64,000 nucleotides of DNA from Tubulanus polymorphus (taxonomy: Eukaryota > Animalia > Nemertea). The stretch spans positions 25,648,299 through 25,712,298 of the forward strand of contig NC_134025.1 in NCBI RefSeq assembly GCF_964204645.1, in the 5' to 3' direction. The translations under genes were made by a program, and so were the position numbers. Below are positions 1 to 12,200 of this stretch, piece after piece (the stretch's first letter is position 1; every line of letters starts with the position of its first letter). The notes beneath the pieces were generated by a model, which was not told the DNA's origin, did not search any database, and saw only the letters and a list, made by a program, of their open reading frames with translations.

Positions 1-3000
1 CCAACTTTATAATATTCCTTGCCAACAACTGCGCAACTAATAAGTACGTGTCTAGTGATGGTACATCCTGGCGGATGTTTATTCATATCAATCTGTCTAA
101 TGAAAGCAAGTTTGGTAAGCCAATTGATGAATTGTTTCCAAGTCAATATCGCCTTAACAAGTTTGAGATATTGATTTTCATCTTCGACGACAATTCAGGC
201 TCAATTTCCGCCGAGAACAAGAGCCCATGTTTATCTTAAGACAGCTAGTGCATTTAATTAATTTCATAATCCAAGTCAGCTAAAAGCGAATACATCTTCA
301 CAAAATATACAAACATCTTGCGGAGGCAATTGATGTTTTAAGTATTGATAAAGCCGTGTTTAACAACCAAGAAGCTGGTTTCATTTACTGACGGAACCAT
401 TAAGCAAGACCAGCGAAGCCTATTTGGACAAAGAATGCGGCTCTTTGCATATAAGGTTACACACGAATTACAGCCCATTACTGCCAAACATCGGATGACG
501 GAGGGAGAAAGATTAAGATGGAAGCTGCGGATTTTGCCTTGAAAGAACAAAGCGGAACGACTCGGCAGTTGCCAGGAACAGGAAAAGAAGCCGTAAAGAA
601 CATCCTTTAAGTAACGCATTGTAAGTGCTGAAAGCATGATTATTGCATTATCATTTGCATGCTCTGTGTTCTAATGCGATTTCACAAGCCAATTTCAGAG
701 TTGGGATATACGTAAATGGAGTATATATACAAAACGATCAGTGGTTCCATATTTCCTGATGAATATAATCTGTTTTTTTTGTTTGATGCGAGAAATGATA
801 TTTGCCGAACTGCAGCAAAAAGCAACGTGTCATTCGGTTTTTATTGCATAATTTTATCCATAAACCGGAATACCGCGGCAAAGAAACATGCTTTTTTGCT
901 AGTGGCAGAGTGGCAAACAACACTAGACACTGACAAGAAATTAAGTCAGGCATTATAAAACTGACGTCCCGATAGGTTCACTGCAAATATCATTTTGTTC
1001 TATGTGATTAGCCATGCATGAAATAGGATTGATACATTTTTGTGGCATTGCAGCACCTTATGGGTACAAAGTTCTCGATGCATGACTAGAGATATCAATT
1101 AGAAAGTGTATTCCATCACAAATGGTGGCCTGTATAACATGACGATGAATGAAGTTTTATCAATTTTCCTCCATGTCGTGCACACAGTTCGGATGATTAA
1201 AAGTCGCTGTAAATAAGTTGCAACCATCTGAAGCCGCATTGATTTTCTATTAATAGTTGAACAGAAAGAAGAAGAGCACGAGCGGTTGTTTTATTCGTCA
1301 ATCTCCACCCGTATGCCCCGAATATCATAGCTTACACACAATAATGTGCGTTGACTAATCAGCTCGCTGGTAATTTGAAAAATCAAGCGTCCAACAGGAT
1401 TGGAATTACAGCAATAAGTAGCCACTCTTGCGGTCGTGTAATTATGTGAAAATCGTGACCGGTACCGCGCGTTCACTTTGTACAGAATGATTGCTAACCA
1501 ATACCGGCCGAGTGATCTGCATACTACTTCAGACGAATTTCTCCAACCACGTCAAGTACGGTTGCATAGTGTTATATCTCGTATACAATCAATGAGAAAT
1601 ACATCGTAATGACATTTACAGTTAGTAATTCTTGGTCAGTTCATAAAACGTTGTGTATGTTCAGTACATGTCCGATAATGGAGTCCGGATAATAAAGTCG
1701 CTACGCAATAATAAATCAAGAACCCATTGGATATGACAACGGATTCTGGACTTTTTCTTATCAAAAATGAAGGGCCTGGTCTGCATCAAAATTTTCCAAA
1801 AAATTAAGCCTCTCATATTCCCTACGTCACGCTATATCTCTCCACGTATGGATTTAATGAAGATAGGAACGAATTTGAACTCGGATGAACATCATTTATA
1901 TTATTAATAGGTGAACAAATTCAGCAGTCAAATGCTTTTGCCGAAGGCGCATAGTATCGATACCGAATTTTTCCAGGATATGACGATGGCAATATCATAA
2001 TTCAACCAGACGTCGGATCCATTTTGATACAGCACCAGAAGGACTTTTCGAATGGCTTTTAAAGACTTACTGGACATCGGGGAGAACATGAGCTCCGGCA
2101 TATTGCGAAGCGAATCGCAGAACGCAGCTCAACATTTTTCCATCGTCGGATGGGATACATTATTGATGGATACAAACAGTAACCACTGCCAGCCATTATC
2201 AGTATGTAGCATCTTGTATCAGGGATGAGAATGTATTGATCATTATATGATGGAACTAGTTATTAGTACTCCCTTGATATTTTCGTCGTGAGCAGGCATA
2301 GTCTTCAAAGCACATTTGAGACTTGCCGCACAGGAACCAAGATTTGATCTAGCCCATTTTCTTTTCAAGGTAATAATAACCCATGCCGAGTTACCAGCAA
2401 GGGCCGATAGGTGGACGAACTATAAGCGCGCAAATGACCAGTTTTGAATAGCTCAGAAATATGAAAATGAATCATTTGATTATTCCCAAATGGGTCGCCT
2501 TTTCTGACTAATTCTGTTCGACGTAAAGTTATTACCGAACCGAAACTTGACACCGACGATTCTATAACGAATGCAAACATTATCATTACGAAAGTAGTAA
2601 ATAGCAACAAAACAGAGCTGCGATGATATGCATTTGCCCCAATGAAACCGGACATTTTTAATGTATATCACGCTAGCAAATAGTCGGCCATCATATCATG
2701 ATTTATGGTAATGATTGATGAATACCCAGGAGGTCGTGACGGCAACGATTTTATCATAGATAATTGTTGACCAAATACCATATTTGAGATATGAAAGTTT
2801 TGAGTATGATTCACGAAGTTGAAATACGAATGGAAGAAAAAATAGACATTGATTCTTATTCAATTCAGGCCTTTACTGGTATGATTAATGAATAAAACAA
2901 AATCATTCTAAACATTTTGAGGTGATTTTGTTACTTCTTGTAGTTGACTGTGCCATATAAAGAAAATGTACTCAAAAGTATGTGTCATGTGATGAACAAC

Positions 3001-4921
3001 GAAAACATCGAATTGTCTGGCCCATATTGTTGAGACAAATAAATATACTGATTATTAATGTATGCAAAAGACTAAACAGTAGTTCCGTTCTCAGGACCCG
3101 AGAAGTGAACTTTCTAAGTAGTCATAACTGTTCAGACACTTTTAAATACACAGTTATTGGGAGCCAGTCCAAGAGGAAGCACAGGATGTCATTCGTTTCG
3201 CATTCCGAAAATTTCTATTTATTCTGTCCATAGTCTTTCGATTCTATTTTCTTCTATAACAGAATAATGTCCAATATCCGTCCTTTTTCTGTGTCACTAC
3301 GTATAACGGGTAAGACTGGATATGTTTCTTCAATACGTTCTCATCACCTGGCACTTAACTGATATTATGATCGCTATTTGTGATCAGACTTTCCTCTGCG
3401 TGAAACATTTCTTCCACGCTAGAAACATCCACAATTTTTGTGACCTAAAGTTTCTATTACTCGCCGAAAAGGCCTACCACTGCTTGTAAATTCATTGCTA
3501 TTCAAAACAACGATCATTTTTACTTTTCCCGGACCCCCAACAGCGTAACAACATTTGTATAAGTGTCGCCGCTTGTTCAAGTCCATATATGTACACGGTG
3601 TCTCACTACGCAGTGGTCAAACTGTGATTATTCATTTTTGTAGACTTTCCACCATTGTGATTAATACGATAATTGGCAACAGCTCATTGATCAAGAGCTC
3701 GATGAAATACCAGAATGATTACACAAATGGCAAACTAGAATTACATATGAAAGATATCATAAATTTCTGCAATTATTGCAATTCAGTCCAAATATTTTGG
3801 CATGAAAATTACTATCAAAATTGCACCATGAGCAGGATAGAGGCGGTAAATTTGATAGATCAAGTATTTTAGAAAGGTCAGTTAATTAATTGACTGTCAC
3901 TCTGAAATGTTATACAGCATATCCACAAGTTCAAATTCCACCAGACGTCACATCTGGCCTTAAATTCATGGCGTAAGTAATTTTGAGACTGGCAAATTCC
4001 ACGGGTTCATCCTTGAAGCAATATCAGATAGACATAAAATGAAGTTGGTTCCCAGTTTATCTTACTAAATGTCACTTCAAATGACTGATCTACCGTCAAC
4101 TGTAGAAAATTATGGCAAAATCAATCGAAGGAATTCAGAAATTTCATACAGCCAACATTCGATCAGTTTCCCAATCAACCATTGTATCAGATACATGTTT
4201 ACATGAAATTAAACGCCGATTTCACAAGCAGAAACTGGATATTACGATAAGGTGTAATTAGATGTAATAGCCACCGGCATAAACAGAAAAATACAAATTA
4301 CGTAGGTGAGAAGATCAATAGATAGCAAAAATACATCCATTTTGTACGGATGAAACCGTGCTATTTCAAAAATATCTTTCAAGGCTTTTCTTAGGGCTTA
4401 GCGATTTGATAGATTTAATGTATGTGTATCTTCCGAAAATCAATCTATGAATCAAGCAAACTATTGCATCCCCTAGGGCTGCGGCAAATCTGTCGAAATG
4501 ACATCATGAGAAAGCAATATACTTTGTGAATATAAGGTCGAGAAGGGTTTCTATTGAATTTGTGACAGTAATGCTTAAACCATCCGCGCACGGCTGGAGC
4601 ACTTTGCCATGTACCATATACAGAATGTAAGCCGAGAATATTCGGGATCTGCATTCGCATCGGAAACAATCGGCTGATCTTGCACTGGCAGGAAAATCAG
4701 AGCCTTCGTCGGAAAAAAAATTGATCGCGTTATATCGACGATTCAGCGCCCTAAATCTGGTAATTTTTGGAAACCGTCATTGCGATAGAAGCGAGATAAG
4801 CGTTGAAAGATGTGGACATTGAATACATCATCGACTCAGATGATGGAGCACCTCCATCGATTCGTCATTAAGACCTTGTTGATTTCTGGCACTTAATTTT
4901 CTATACAAATACATGCCGGTA

Positions 4922-4941
4922 CACTGTAAAAACTAAGAACG
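4922..4941 (+). repeat. Left terminal inverted repeat
   Basis: CACTGTAAAAACTAAGAACG; imperfect similarity to the right end continues inward (TGAACA-TACTGAGAACA vs TGAACACTACTTAGAACA). Confidence 0.95.
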
Positions 4942-5130
4942 CAGTGAACATACTGAGAACACTGAAATAAGGTGTTCCCGAACACTTTTTAATGAATTTG
5001 GAACATCATCGAGTGTTCTAAGCTGATTTAAGTGCAAAAGCTCGTTCTGATGAACGCTGAGAACGGCTATGGAACGGCAAGAACACACCGATCACTCCAC
5101 TAGAGCGTACGTGACTTTTCAAAGCGTTCT
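4937..5130. repeat. Left subterminal repeat region (GAACA/GAACG motifs in both orientations)
   Basis: Dense short motifs such as tgaacatactgagaacactg, ggtgttcccgaacac, gaacgctgagaacggctatggaacggcaagaacac; subterminal repeats are typical of CACTA ends. Confidence 0.8.
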
Positions 5131-6003
5131 AGCACGCTTCACTGCACCTCGCTGACTGTGGAGAATCATCTTTAGTAAGCTTTTGTATTCTTGATCTTAT
5201 AATATTAATCGGCATTCATTGGAAGTAATTATGTCAGATCATGTAGGCCTAAACAAACAGTGCATTTCACAGCCGGCGTAGGCCTAATACGCGCCACGAT
5301 GCGCCATAAATGCAATGAATGAATGCGGCAGAAAATCTTTTGGCGGAGGCCTCCACCATAACTGCGAGCTAAGTGAAGCCACATTTTTTCAGACAATTAT
5401 TAGCGGCCGCTGCCTTGTGAATTAAAGTTTTATACCAAAAAATATTTTCCTCGGTGACTCCGCGCTGTTAATCAGGGCAGGGATCGAACCTATGAACTAA
5501 AGCTACAATCTCGCTCAAGAAAGTGAATTTGATTGATTTGACTTTTCTCAAGGTCGTTGAGCTTAAGCTGTCTGCTAAAAACGAACAGTCGCCAAAATTC
5601 CACATTCATTGCCTTAAGAAATTATAATTCGAGGCCTTTACGGGTATGATAGTTTACATCTCTGTAGGCCTAAATAAAAAGATAAAAGCTGCGGTGCATT
5701 TTATTGGCATGATGATATACTGAAACTGTGTTATTTTTCTTTTCAGTTTCTTTGCCGTTCAGCCATGCCCATGCAACGATATATTGCATTCCAAGATATT
5801 ACTAGTTTTACGCGCATACTGGAAATTTGCTCTTATTTGAATTTTGACGTCAGCGATGAAGTGATTGATAGCCACTTTACCATATGCTTTTTTAACATAG
5901 GACAGTGCAACCTGATCCAGAATATTTGTGCCTATTATTTGATCGAATATCAAGTCATAAATACAACATTATCGTTGTAGAATCAGTACAGTAGAGAGTA
6001 AGT

Positions 6004-8535
6004 ATGGTCTATACTTGTAACTTATGTAACTTTTTTTCAATAAGCAATGATGATTTTAAAAATCACATCTTAAGAAAACATAGAAATGATCCACATTTCA
6101 AAATAACGTGTGATGCCTGTGGTGCCACCTATCATAATTATTTTTCATATCGTAGTCATTTTAAACGCCACCATGCCCATAGGGAAGAAGTTGACCATGA
6201 ACCCGATGACATAGACCTACCAGAACCGCAAAATCTCCAAATAGGCCTAAATGATGATCCTAGACCTGACTTAGGCCTGGTGGAACATGATATTCAACAA
6301 AATCAAAATGAACTCAATGTTGCAGCAGTTGACCAACTGAAAATGAGTGCTGGGCAATTCATTCTAAAAATGAGAGCTGGCCATAAAATAAGTGCAAGAG
6401 CAACCTGTGAGATGCTTGAAACAGTCAGCCAGTTTACTGAAATTGTTTCTGAGTGTACTCGTGATAATATTCTTAGATTAGTTCCTGGACTGAATGAAGA
6501 ACAAAAGAATTTGATTACTCATTACTTTGCTGAAAAACAGGATGTATTTGCTGGGCTTCAAAGTACTTATATGCAGAACAAGTTCTTTAGAGATAATTTC
6601 TCTTTGGTTGAACCTGTGGAAATAGTGTTAGGTCATTATTTCAAAAAGGTCAAGGTTAAAGGTAGATATATTTTCAAGAAAGTCCCTGCTCTTGGCTATT
6701 TTATACCATTATTAGAAACTCTTAAATCAATTTTGAGTATACCTCAAGTAAAGAATTGTGCCAATATAAGTCATGCTAGTGAAGATCAATACATGCGAGA
6801 CATGTGCGATGGTACTTATTTCAAAAACCATCCTCTGTTCAAAAAAAACCCGAATGCACTTTGCCTTCTTGCATACTGTGATGATTTCGAGCTAGCCAAT
6901 CCGATTGGAACTCATGCCAAATTGCATAAAATAATCATATTCTATGTAGTTGTATGCAACATTCCACCTGAATTACGATCAAAATTGCCAGTAATTCATC
7001 TTGTAGCTGTTACACTGAGAAAGTATATTGTTGGTCACAGGGACAGGCTTCAAAAGCTTCTTAAAAATTTTGTTGATGATCTAAACACTCTCTATGATGG
7101 GTACACATTCATCTTACCCTCCGGCATATATCGTACTAATGGGACTTTATTGGCATTCACTGGAGATACGCCTGCAGCAAATGAAATTGCTGGCTTTAAA
7201 GAAGGGGTTGGTGGAGCCAGCAAGCCTTGCAGACTTTGTGATATTCATAAGAATGACATGAATGCTATATTCTGTCCCTCTGACTGCATGATGCGAGAAG
7301 AAGTTGAACATAGAGAGAGGTGTAATTACCTGAAAGAACTTAGTAGGGCTGATAGGCTTCTAATGAGTAGTGAGTATGGGATAAATAATGATTCTGTGTT
7401 GCAAGGTATCAATGATTTCCAGATAACGAAGTGTTTTCCTATGGATGTCATGCATGTACTACTGGAAGGAATTTGCAATTATGAGACCAAATTATGTCTT
7501 CGACATATGGTATCTGATAAAAACATGAATGTTAGTGTTCTAAACAACTGCATAGCAAATTACAGCTATTCTGAACTTGAAATGAAAGATAGACCTCAAC
7601 CCATAGATAGAAAAACTCTTTTTGGTAATGGAAAACTAAATCAAACGTCTGAATCTATGCGGATATTAATGTATCATTTGCCATTCATTTTGAACGCTAT
7701 GAACATACTAGATGATAGAGATGAGTATTGGAGTAACTGGATACGTCTTCAAAAGATAACTATTCTGAGTTTATCCCCTATTATATCTGATGAAACTATT
7801 GCATTTATAGATATATTGGTTGCAGTACACAACAGAAAATTCGTAGAGATTTATCCCGATGAGAGCTATACGCCCAAATTGCACTATATGGTACATTTGG
7901 GGGATCAGATGCGAAAATATGGTCCTCTGCGCACACATTGGTGTATGCGCTTCGAAGGGAAACATGGTTTTTTCAAAAAGATGAAATGGAACAATTTTAA
8001 GAATATTGCTCTAGTTATTGCGACAAAGCACCAGCAGTGGCTTTGTCTTCAGCAACTCGGGACGGATGGGCAAAGATCCATGTGTTTCTTAAATGACGAA
8101 GATGACATAAAATTTGGGCACATAATGCATGAAGACGAAGACCATTTCAATGATATAATGACATATTTAGTACGTGAAACACATAGATTGCAGATAGGTC
8201 CTTTGATGATAAGCCCAAAGATCGTCGTACATGGTCATATTTACATGCCTGACAACATTCTCCTTTTAGAATTCGATGAAGATGAATATCCCGTATTTTG
8301 TAAGATTACTAAGATTGTAGTTGTTCAGGAAGAGAAATACTTGCTACTTGATAGGTTTTTAGTCGAGAGGTATGATTACACTCTCAATGCTTATGAGCTT
8401 CGAGAGGATCACTCTTGTAGTAGAAATAAGATCTTGTCTGTTCAGGATCTCCAATTCCCTTGGGTACTGCCCCAAAAATGCTTTGGTTATAAGAGATATG
8501 TTTTACTTTGCTATAGTCCTCTCGTAATGTTGTAA
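6004..8535 (+). CDS. EnSpm/CACTA DDE transposase (TnpD-like, 843 aa) with two N-terminal C2H2 zinc fingers
   Basis: Uninterrupted ORF. Zinc fingers CNLC...HILRKH and CDAC...HFKRHH. CMC transposase motifs YCDDFELANPIG, FTGDTPAANEIAGFKE, KPCRLC, DVMHVLLEG, PKLHYMVH, WCMRFEGKH. Confidence 0.95.
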   Translation: MVYTCNLCNFFSISNDDFKNHILRKHRNDPHFKITCDACGATYHNYFSYRSHFKRHHAHREEVDHEPDDIDLPEPQNLQIGLNDDPRPDLGLVEHDIQQNQNELNVAAVDQLKMSAGQFILKMRAGHKISARATCEMLETVSQFTEIVSECTRDNILRLVPGLNEEQKNLITHYFAEKQDVFAGLQSTYMQNKFFRDNFSLVEPVEIVLGHYFKKVKVKGRYIFKKVPALGYFIPLLETLKSILSIPQVKNCANISHASEDQYMRDMCDGTYFKNHPLFKKNPNALCLLAYCDDFELANPIGTHAKLHKIIIFYVVVCNIPPELRSKLPVIHLVAVTLRKYIVGHRDRLQKLLKNFVDDLNTLYDGYTFILPSGIYRTNGTLLAFTGDTPAANEIAGFKEGVGGASKPCRLCDIHKNDMNAIFCPSDCMMREEVEHRERCNYLKELSRADRLLMSSEYGINNDSVLQGINDFQITKCFPMDVMHVLLEGICNYETKLCLRHMVSDKNMNVSVLNNCIANYSYSELEMKDRPQPIDRKTLFGNGKLNQTSESMRILMYHLPFILNAMNILDDRDEYWSNWIRLQKITILSLSPIISDETIAFIDILVAVHNRKFVEIYPDESYTPKLHYMVHLGDQMRKYGPLRTHWCMRFEGKHGFFKKMKWNNFKNIALVIATKHQQWLCLQQLGTDGQRSMCFLNDEDDIKFGHIMHEDEDHFNDIMTYLVRETHRLQIGPLMISPKIVVHGHIYMPDNILLLEFDEDEYPVFCKITKIVVVQEEKYLLLDRFLVERYDYTLNAYELREDHSCSRNKILSVQDLQFPWVLPQKCFGYKRYVLLCYSPLVML

Positions 8536-8603
8536 ACTGCTGTTGTTTTTATAGATTTTATAGAAGGCTAGGTCACTGGATGTGGTGTGTCTGTCAGAAA
8601 CTA

Positions 8604-8764
8604 CAGTGGAACCTCGTTACTTCATGAGACCAGAAAATATGTTCATTATAACTGATATATTTTGAATCCAGTATGAAAAATTATAGGAGGTCAAATTATC
8701 CCATTTTGAACAGTTTGTAATAACCGATAAATCGTTATATCTGATGTTATAACGAGGTTCCATG
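8604..8764. mobile_element. pogo/Tigger-type (Tc1/mariner superfamily) MITE, 161 bp, nested between the two transposon genes
   Basis: TA|CAGTGGAACCTCGTTA ... TAACGAGGTTCCA-TG|TA: TIR with a 1-nt deletion and TA duplication. Confidence 0.8.
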
Positions 8765-8896
8765 TATATCCAACTATCTGACTACTCCTTTAATGCTAGA
8801 ATTTTTGTGGAAATATTTCTTATTGCTTAGGTAAACTGTCCGTTTGAAAAAGCAAGGTTTTCAATCTCACACTGACAGTGTCAGCTTTATTAAAAT

Positions 8897-9251
8897 ATGT
8901 GTTCGGTCGACAACAAAACCACACTTCATCGGTGCATAAATTCAGCAGGAAACAAAGTTTTCTTGATCGCGTCATCACTAAAAATGTTAAAAGATAAAGG
9001 TATGTAAGTCGATATTTGGTATTATGTAGTTCAAGTTCAAGTTCATGTAAATATACTGGTTTATTTAATCTTGTATAACAATATTTTTGGTTGTTTAGCT
9101 ACGAAATGGTTATCTTCAAGTGAAGATGATCCACCGTCAGTGTACACCAGCGATGGAACTGAGATCTTCGACGAAGAGGTGTTTGAGGTGATTTCACAAA
9201 CTGATACGACTCTCCTCATATTAAAGTCTGGTGAAACTCTGATCAATTATG
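8897..9251 (+). CDS. ORF2 exons 1-2 encoding a CIDE-N (CAD/DFF-type ubiquitin-like) domain candidate
   Basis: Spliced peptide MCSVDNKTTLHRCINSAGNKVFLIASSLKMLKDKATKWLSSSEDDPPSVYTSDGTEIFDEEVFEVISQTDTTLLILKSGETL matches the CIDE-N pattern A.SL.EL..KA...L ... DGTE(V/I).DE.(Y/F)F ... T.L..L..G. Confidence 0.7.
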
Positions 9252-12200
9252 GTGAGTATATAGGCGTATATATTCTTAGAAATGGTGAATCATCAAATTA
9301 TCGTAGTTGTTTTAACTAATTATAATTCAATTATAACTTTTATTAGACGTCCATAAGAGTACTCTTCAACCTGATTTATCTTCGTCAACTGATACTGACA
9401 TCAGCTCAGAAAGGTCTGATTTCATTGATTCGGAGGAATCGGCATCAATTGTGAGTATATCTTTTATATACTATCAATTATAACAGGGTTCCTACAGCCC
9501 CTCAAATCCCTCGAATAACCCTCAAATTTAGAATTGGTCATGTAGCAAGCCTGTAAAATCCAATATTTAAAGGAATTACCAAAACTAAGCGCTGATGTGG
9601 TGGATAAGCTATCAGCCTCTGCATCAGCTGCTGCCGCCGTTTGGGATGAATGTGTGACTCAAATGGCATACGGTTTACTCAAGAGACCCGAGGGAATCTC
9701 GACATCAAGACAATATACAGAGGCATGCCAAGAACTCATAAAAAGATATCCCAATTTGGCCAGAATCTCAGCTGGTAAAGTTACAAAGCCTTGGGTAAGT
9801 AATCATTATATGATATTATAATTACATTATATTATATTATAACCTTTAACTATTTGCATATTAATCTAAAACTTGGAATTTCAATGAAAAGTGATAGTTC
9901 ATATCTCAAGTTGGATTCATCGAAGCAAAATCCTGAAATGTTTTTAAGGAAAAAGACTAAATACCGGTATATATGTTATAATTTTTAGCCCACTTGGCCG
10001 AAGGCCATTCGGTTAGTCCCTGTGGTTGGTTGCACAGTTTTGATTTAAGTCCAAAAGTTGTCTTAAATTTTAGAAGTGATCTTAGGTTGTTAGATTGGCT
10101 ATAGAACTTAGTTGGTCTTAAGTCTAAGCCGTGACTATGCAACCGGCCCTGGGTCTTAGTGTGGTCTGGCGTGCGTGTGTCATATTTCTTGTGAACGCTC
10201 TACAGACCACAGTTTTTGGCCAATCGGCTTTAAATTCACATATATTGTGTATGACCAAAACATCTCGGAGGAGTTTTATATTTGTATTAATTGGATCCAA
10301 GATGGCTGATTGGCGGCCATCTTGGTTTCTGAAATGTGAAATGAAATGGTCTATCATATGACCAAACAAGGTCATCATATCATCCAATATGGCCGCCTGG
10401 TGACCATCTTGGTTTCTGAAAATGCACAATTTTGATATTACCTGATATAATATTCCATGTAGATCTTTCATATTTCATATGAGAATGTGAAATAGAAGGG
10501 TCTATCATATGACCAAACTAGGTCTTCTTAGCACCTGTCCTATTGTGCTTAGATTTTGTTTGATTAAGGTGGCTTTTAAGAAATCGTTAAGTATGAAAGT
10601 GAGACACATTCGGCACTACAGAAAGAAGAGAGATAATACGTCAGCTAGCAGTAGTTACAGGAAGGCAGTTAAGGTTTCAGGTAATTTTATGAAATAATAG
10701 TTTAGTCGTACATGTATGTATTATTAATGAAATATGGTATGATATTAAAACAGATGAATCTGTTTTAGCTTGCCGTGGTTTGAGTCGGGAGTCTCCGTCG
10801 TCGCCTGTTGGTGGTTTAGACGAAGACCGGAGTTCTTTCACAGCTGTTAAAGCGTCAGGTATTTATAAAATGAATAGTTCGTTGTTGTTCCTGATAAAAT
10901 TCCAATCAAATTACCGCATCTAATTAGATGAGTCTCTTTTAGGTCGTTGTGGTTTGAGTCGGGAGTCTCCGTCACCTGTTGGTTTTTTAAACGAAGGCTG
11001 GAGTTCTTGCGAAGCTGTTAAAGCATCAGGTAGTTATAAAATGAATAGTTCGTTGTTGTTCCTGATAAAATTCCAATCAAATTACCGCATCTAATTAGAT
11101 GAGTCTCTTTTAGGTCGTTGTGGTTTGAGTCGGGAGTCTCGGTCACCTATTGTTTTTTTAAACGAAGACTGGAGTTCTTGCGAAGCTCTTAAATCGTCAG
11201 GTATTTATAAAATGAATAGTTCGTTGTTGTTCCTGATAAAATTCCAATCAAATTACCGCATCTAATTAGATGTGTCTCTTTTAGGTCGTTGTGGTTTGAG
11301 TCGGGAGTCTCCGTCACCTGTTGGTTTTTTAAACGAAGGCTGGAGTTCTTGCGAAGCTGTTAAAGCATCAGGTAGTTATAAAATGAATAGTTCGTTGTTG
11401 TTCCTGATAAAATTCCAATCCAATTACCGCATCTAATTAGATGAGTCTCTTTTAGCTTGCCGTGGTTTGAGTCAGAAGTCTCCGTCACCTGTTGGTTTTT
11501 TAAACGAAGACTGGAGTTCTTGCGAAGCTGTTAAAGCGTCGGGTAGTTATCTGAAATAATGGTTTAGTTGTATATATGATTGACGAAATTCTATTCAGAT
11601 TATGGTATGATATTAAAACAGACGAGTCTCTTTTAGTTTGCGGTGCTTTGAGTCAGGAGTCTCCGTCGCCCGTTGGTGTTTTAGCTGAAGACCTGAGTCC
11701 TTCTGAAGTCTCAAATAGTGGTAAGAATGATTCCAAAGTATATGAAATGTATTAATGTGAATTGAGTTCAGATGCCTCTTTTCTTTAATCTCTTAGACCA
11801 AGCTGACCTTGCTATGTTAGGAGAAAAGCGATTGTTGGACCGACCAAAGATATTCAAACTGATGAAGGCCACACTAGCGCAGCGTCGACAGGAAATAAGA
11901 AATTCAGGCGATATACTTTTCTTCATGCAAAAGTATAAATTTTTTCAACATTTAGATTATGTGAGTGCAAATATCTTTGATTTTGAAATTTCCACATCAA
12001 ATAAGATTTATTTGGTTGTAAAGTTTGTTTTGGATATTTTTAGATTTTCGAGGAATTTCATTTGATGGGATATGCAAGGGACTTTCTACATAATTTTTCT
12101 CAGAGATATGAATCAATGTTAGAAAAGTTAGCCACTTTGGCTATGATGAATGGAGATATTAGCGTAAGTCGCCTAGCCCGATTGATGTTGATTTTTTAAA

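Noticed and set aside
1-4919. Short ORFs and a search for neurexin LNS4 exons
   Set aside because: No LNS-like peptide or other recognisable motif found.
5475-5498. tRNA-like B-box (minus strand GGTTCGATCCC)
   Set aside because: No A-box or cloverleaf could be built; at most a SINE scrap.
10681-11720. Regular repeat array as a CRISPR locus
   Set aside because: Whole 171-bp units are repeated with no unique spacers, there are no cas genes, and the units are spliceosomal exon-intron pairs.
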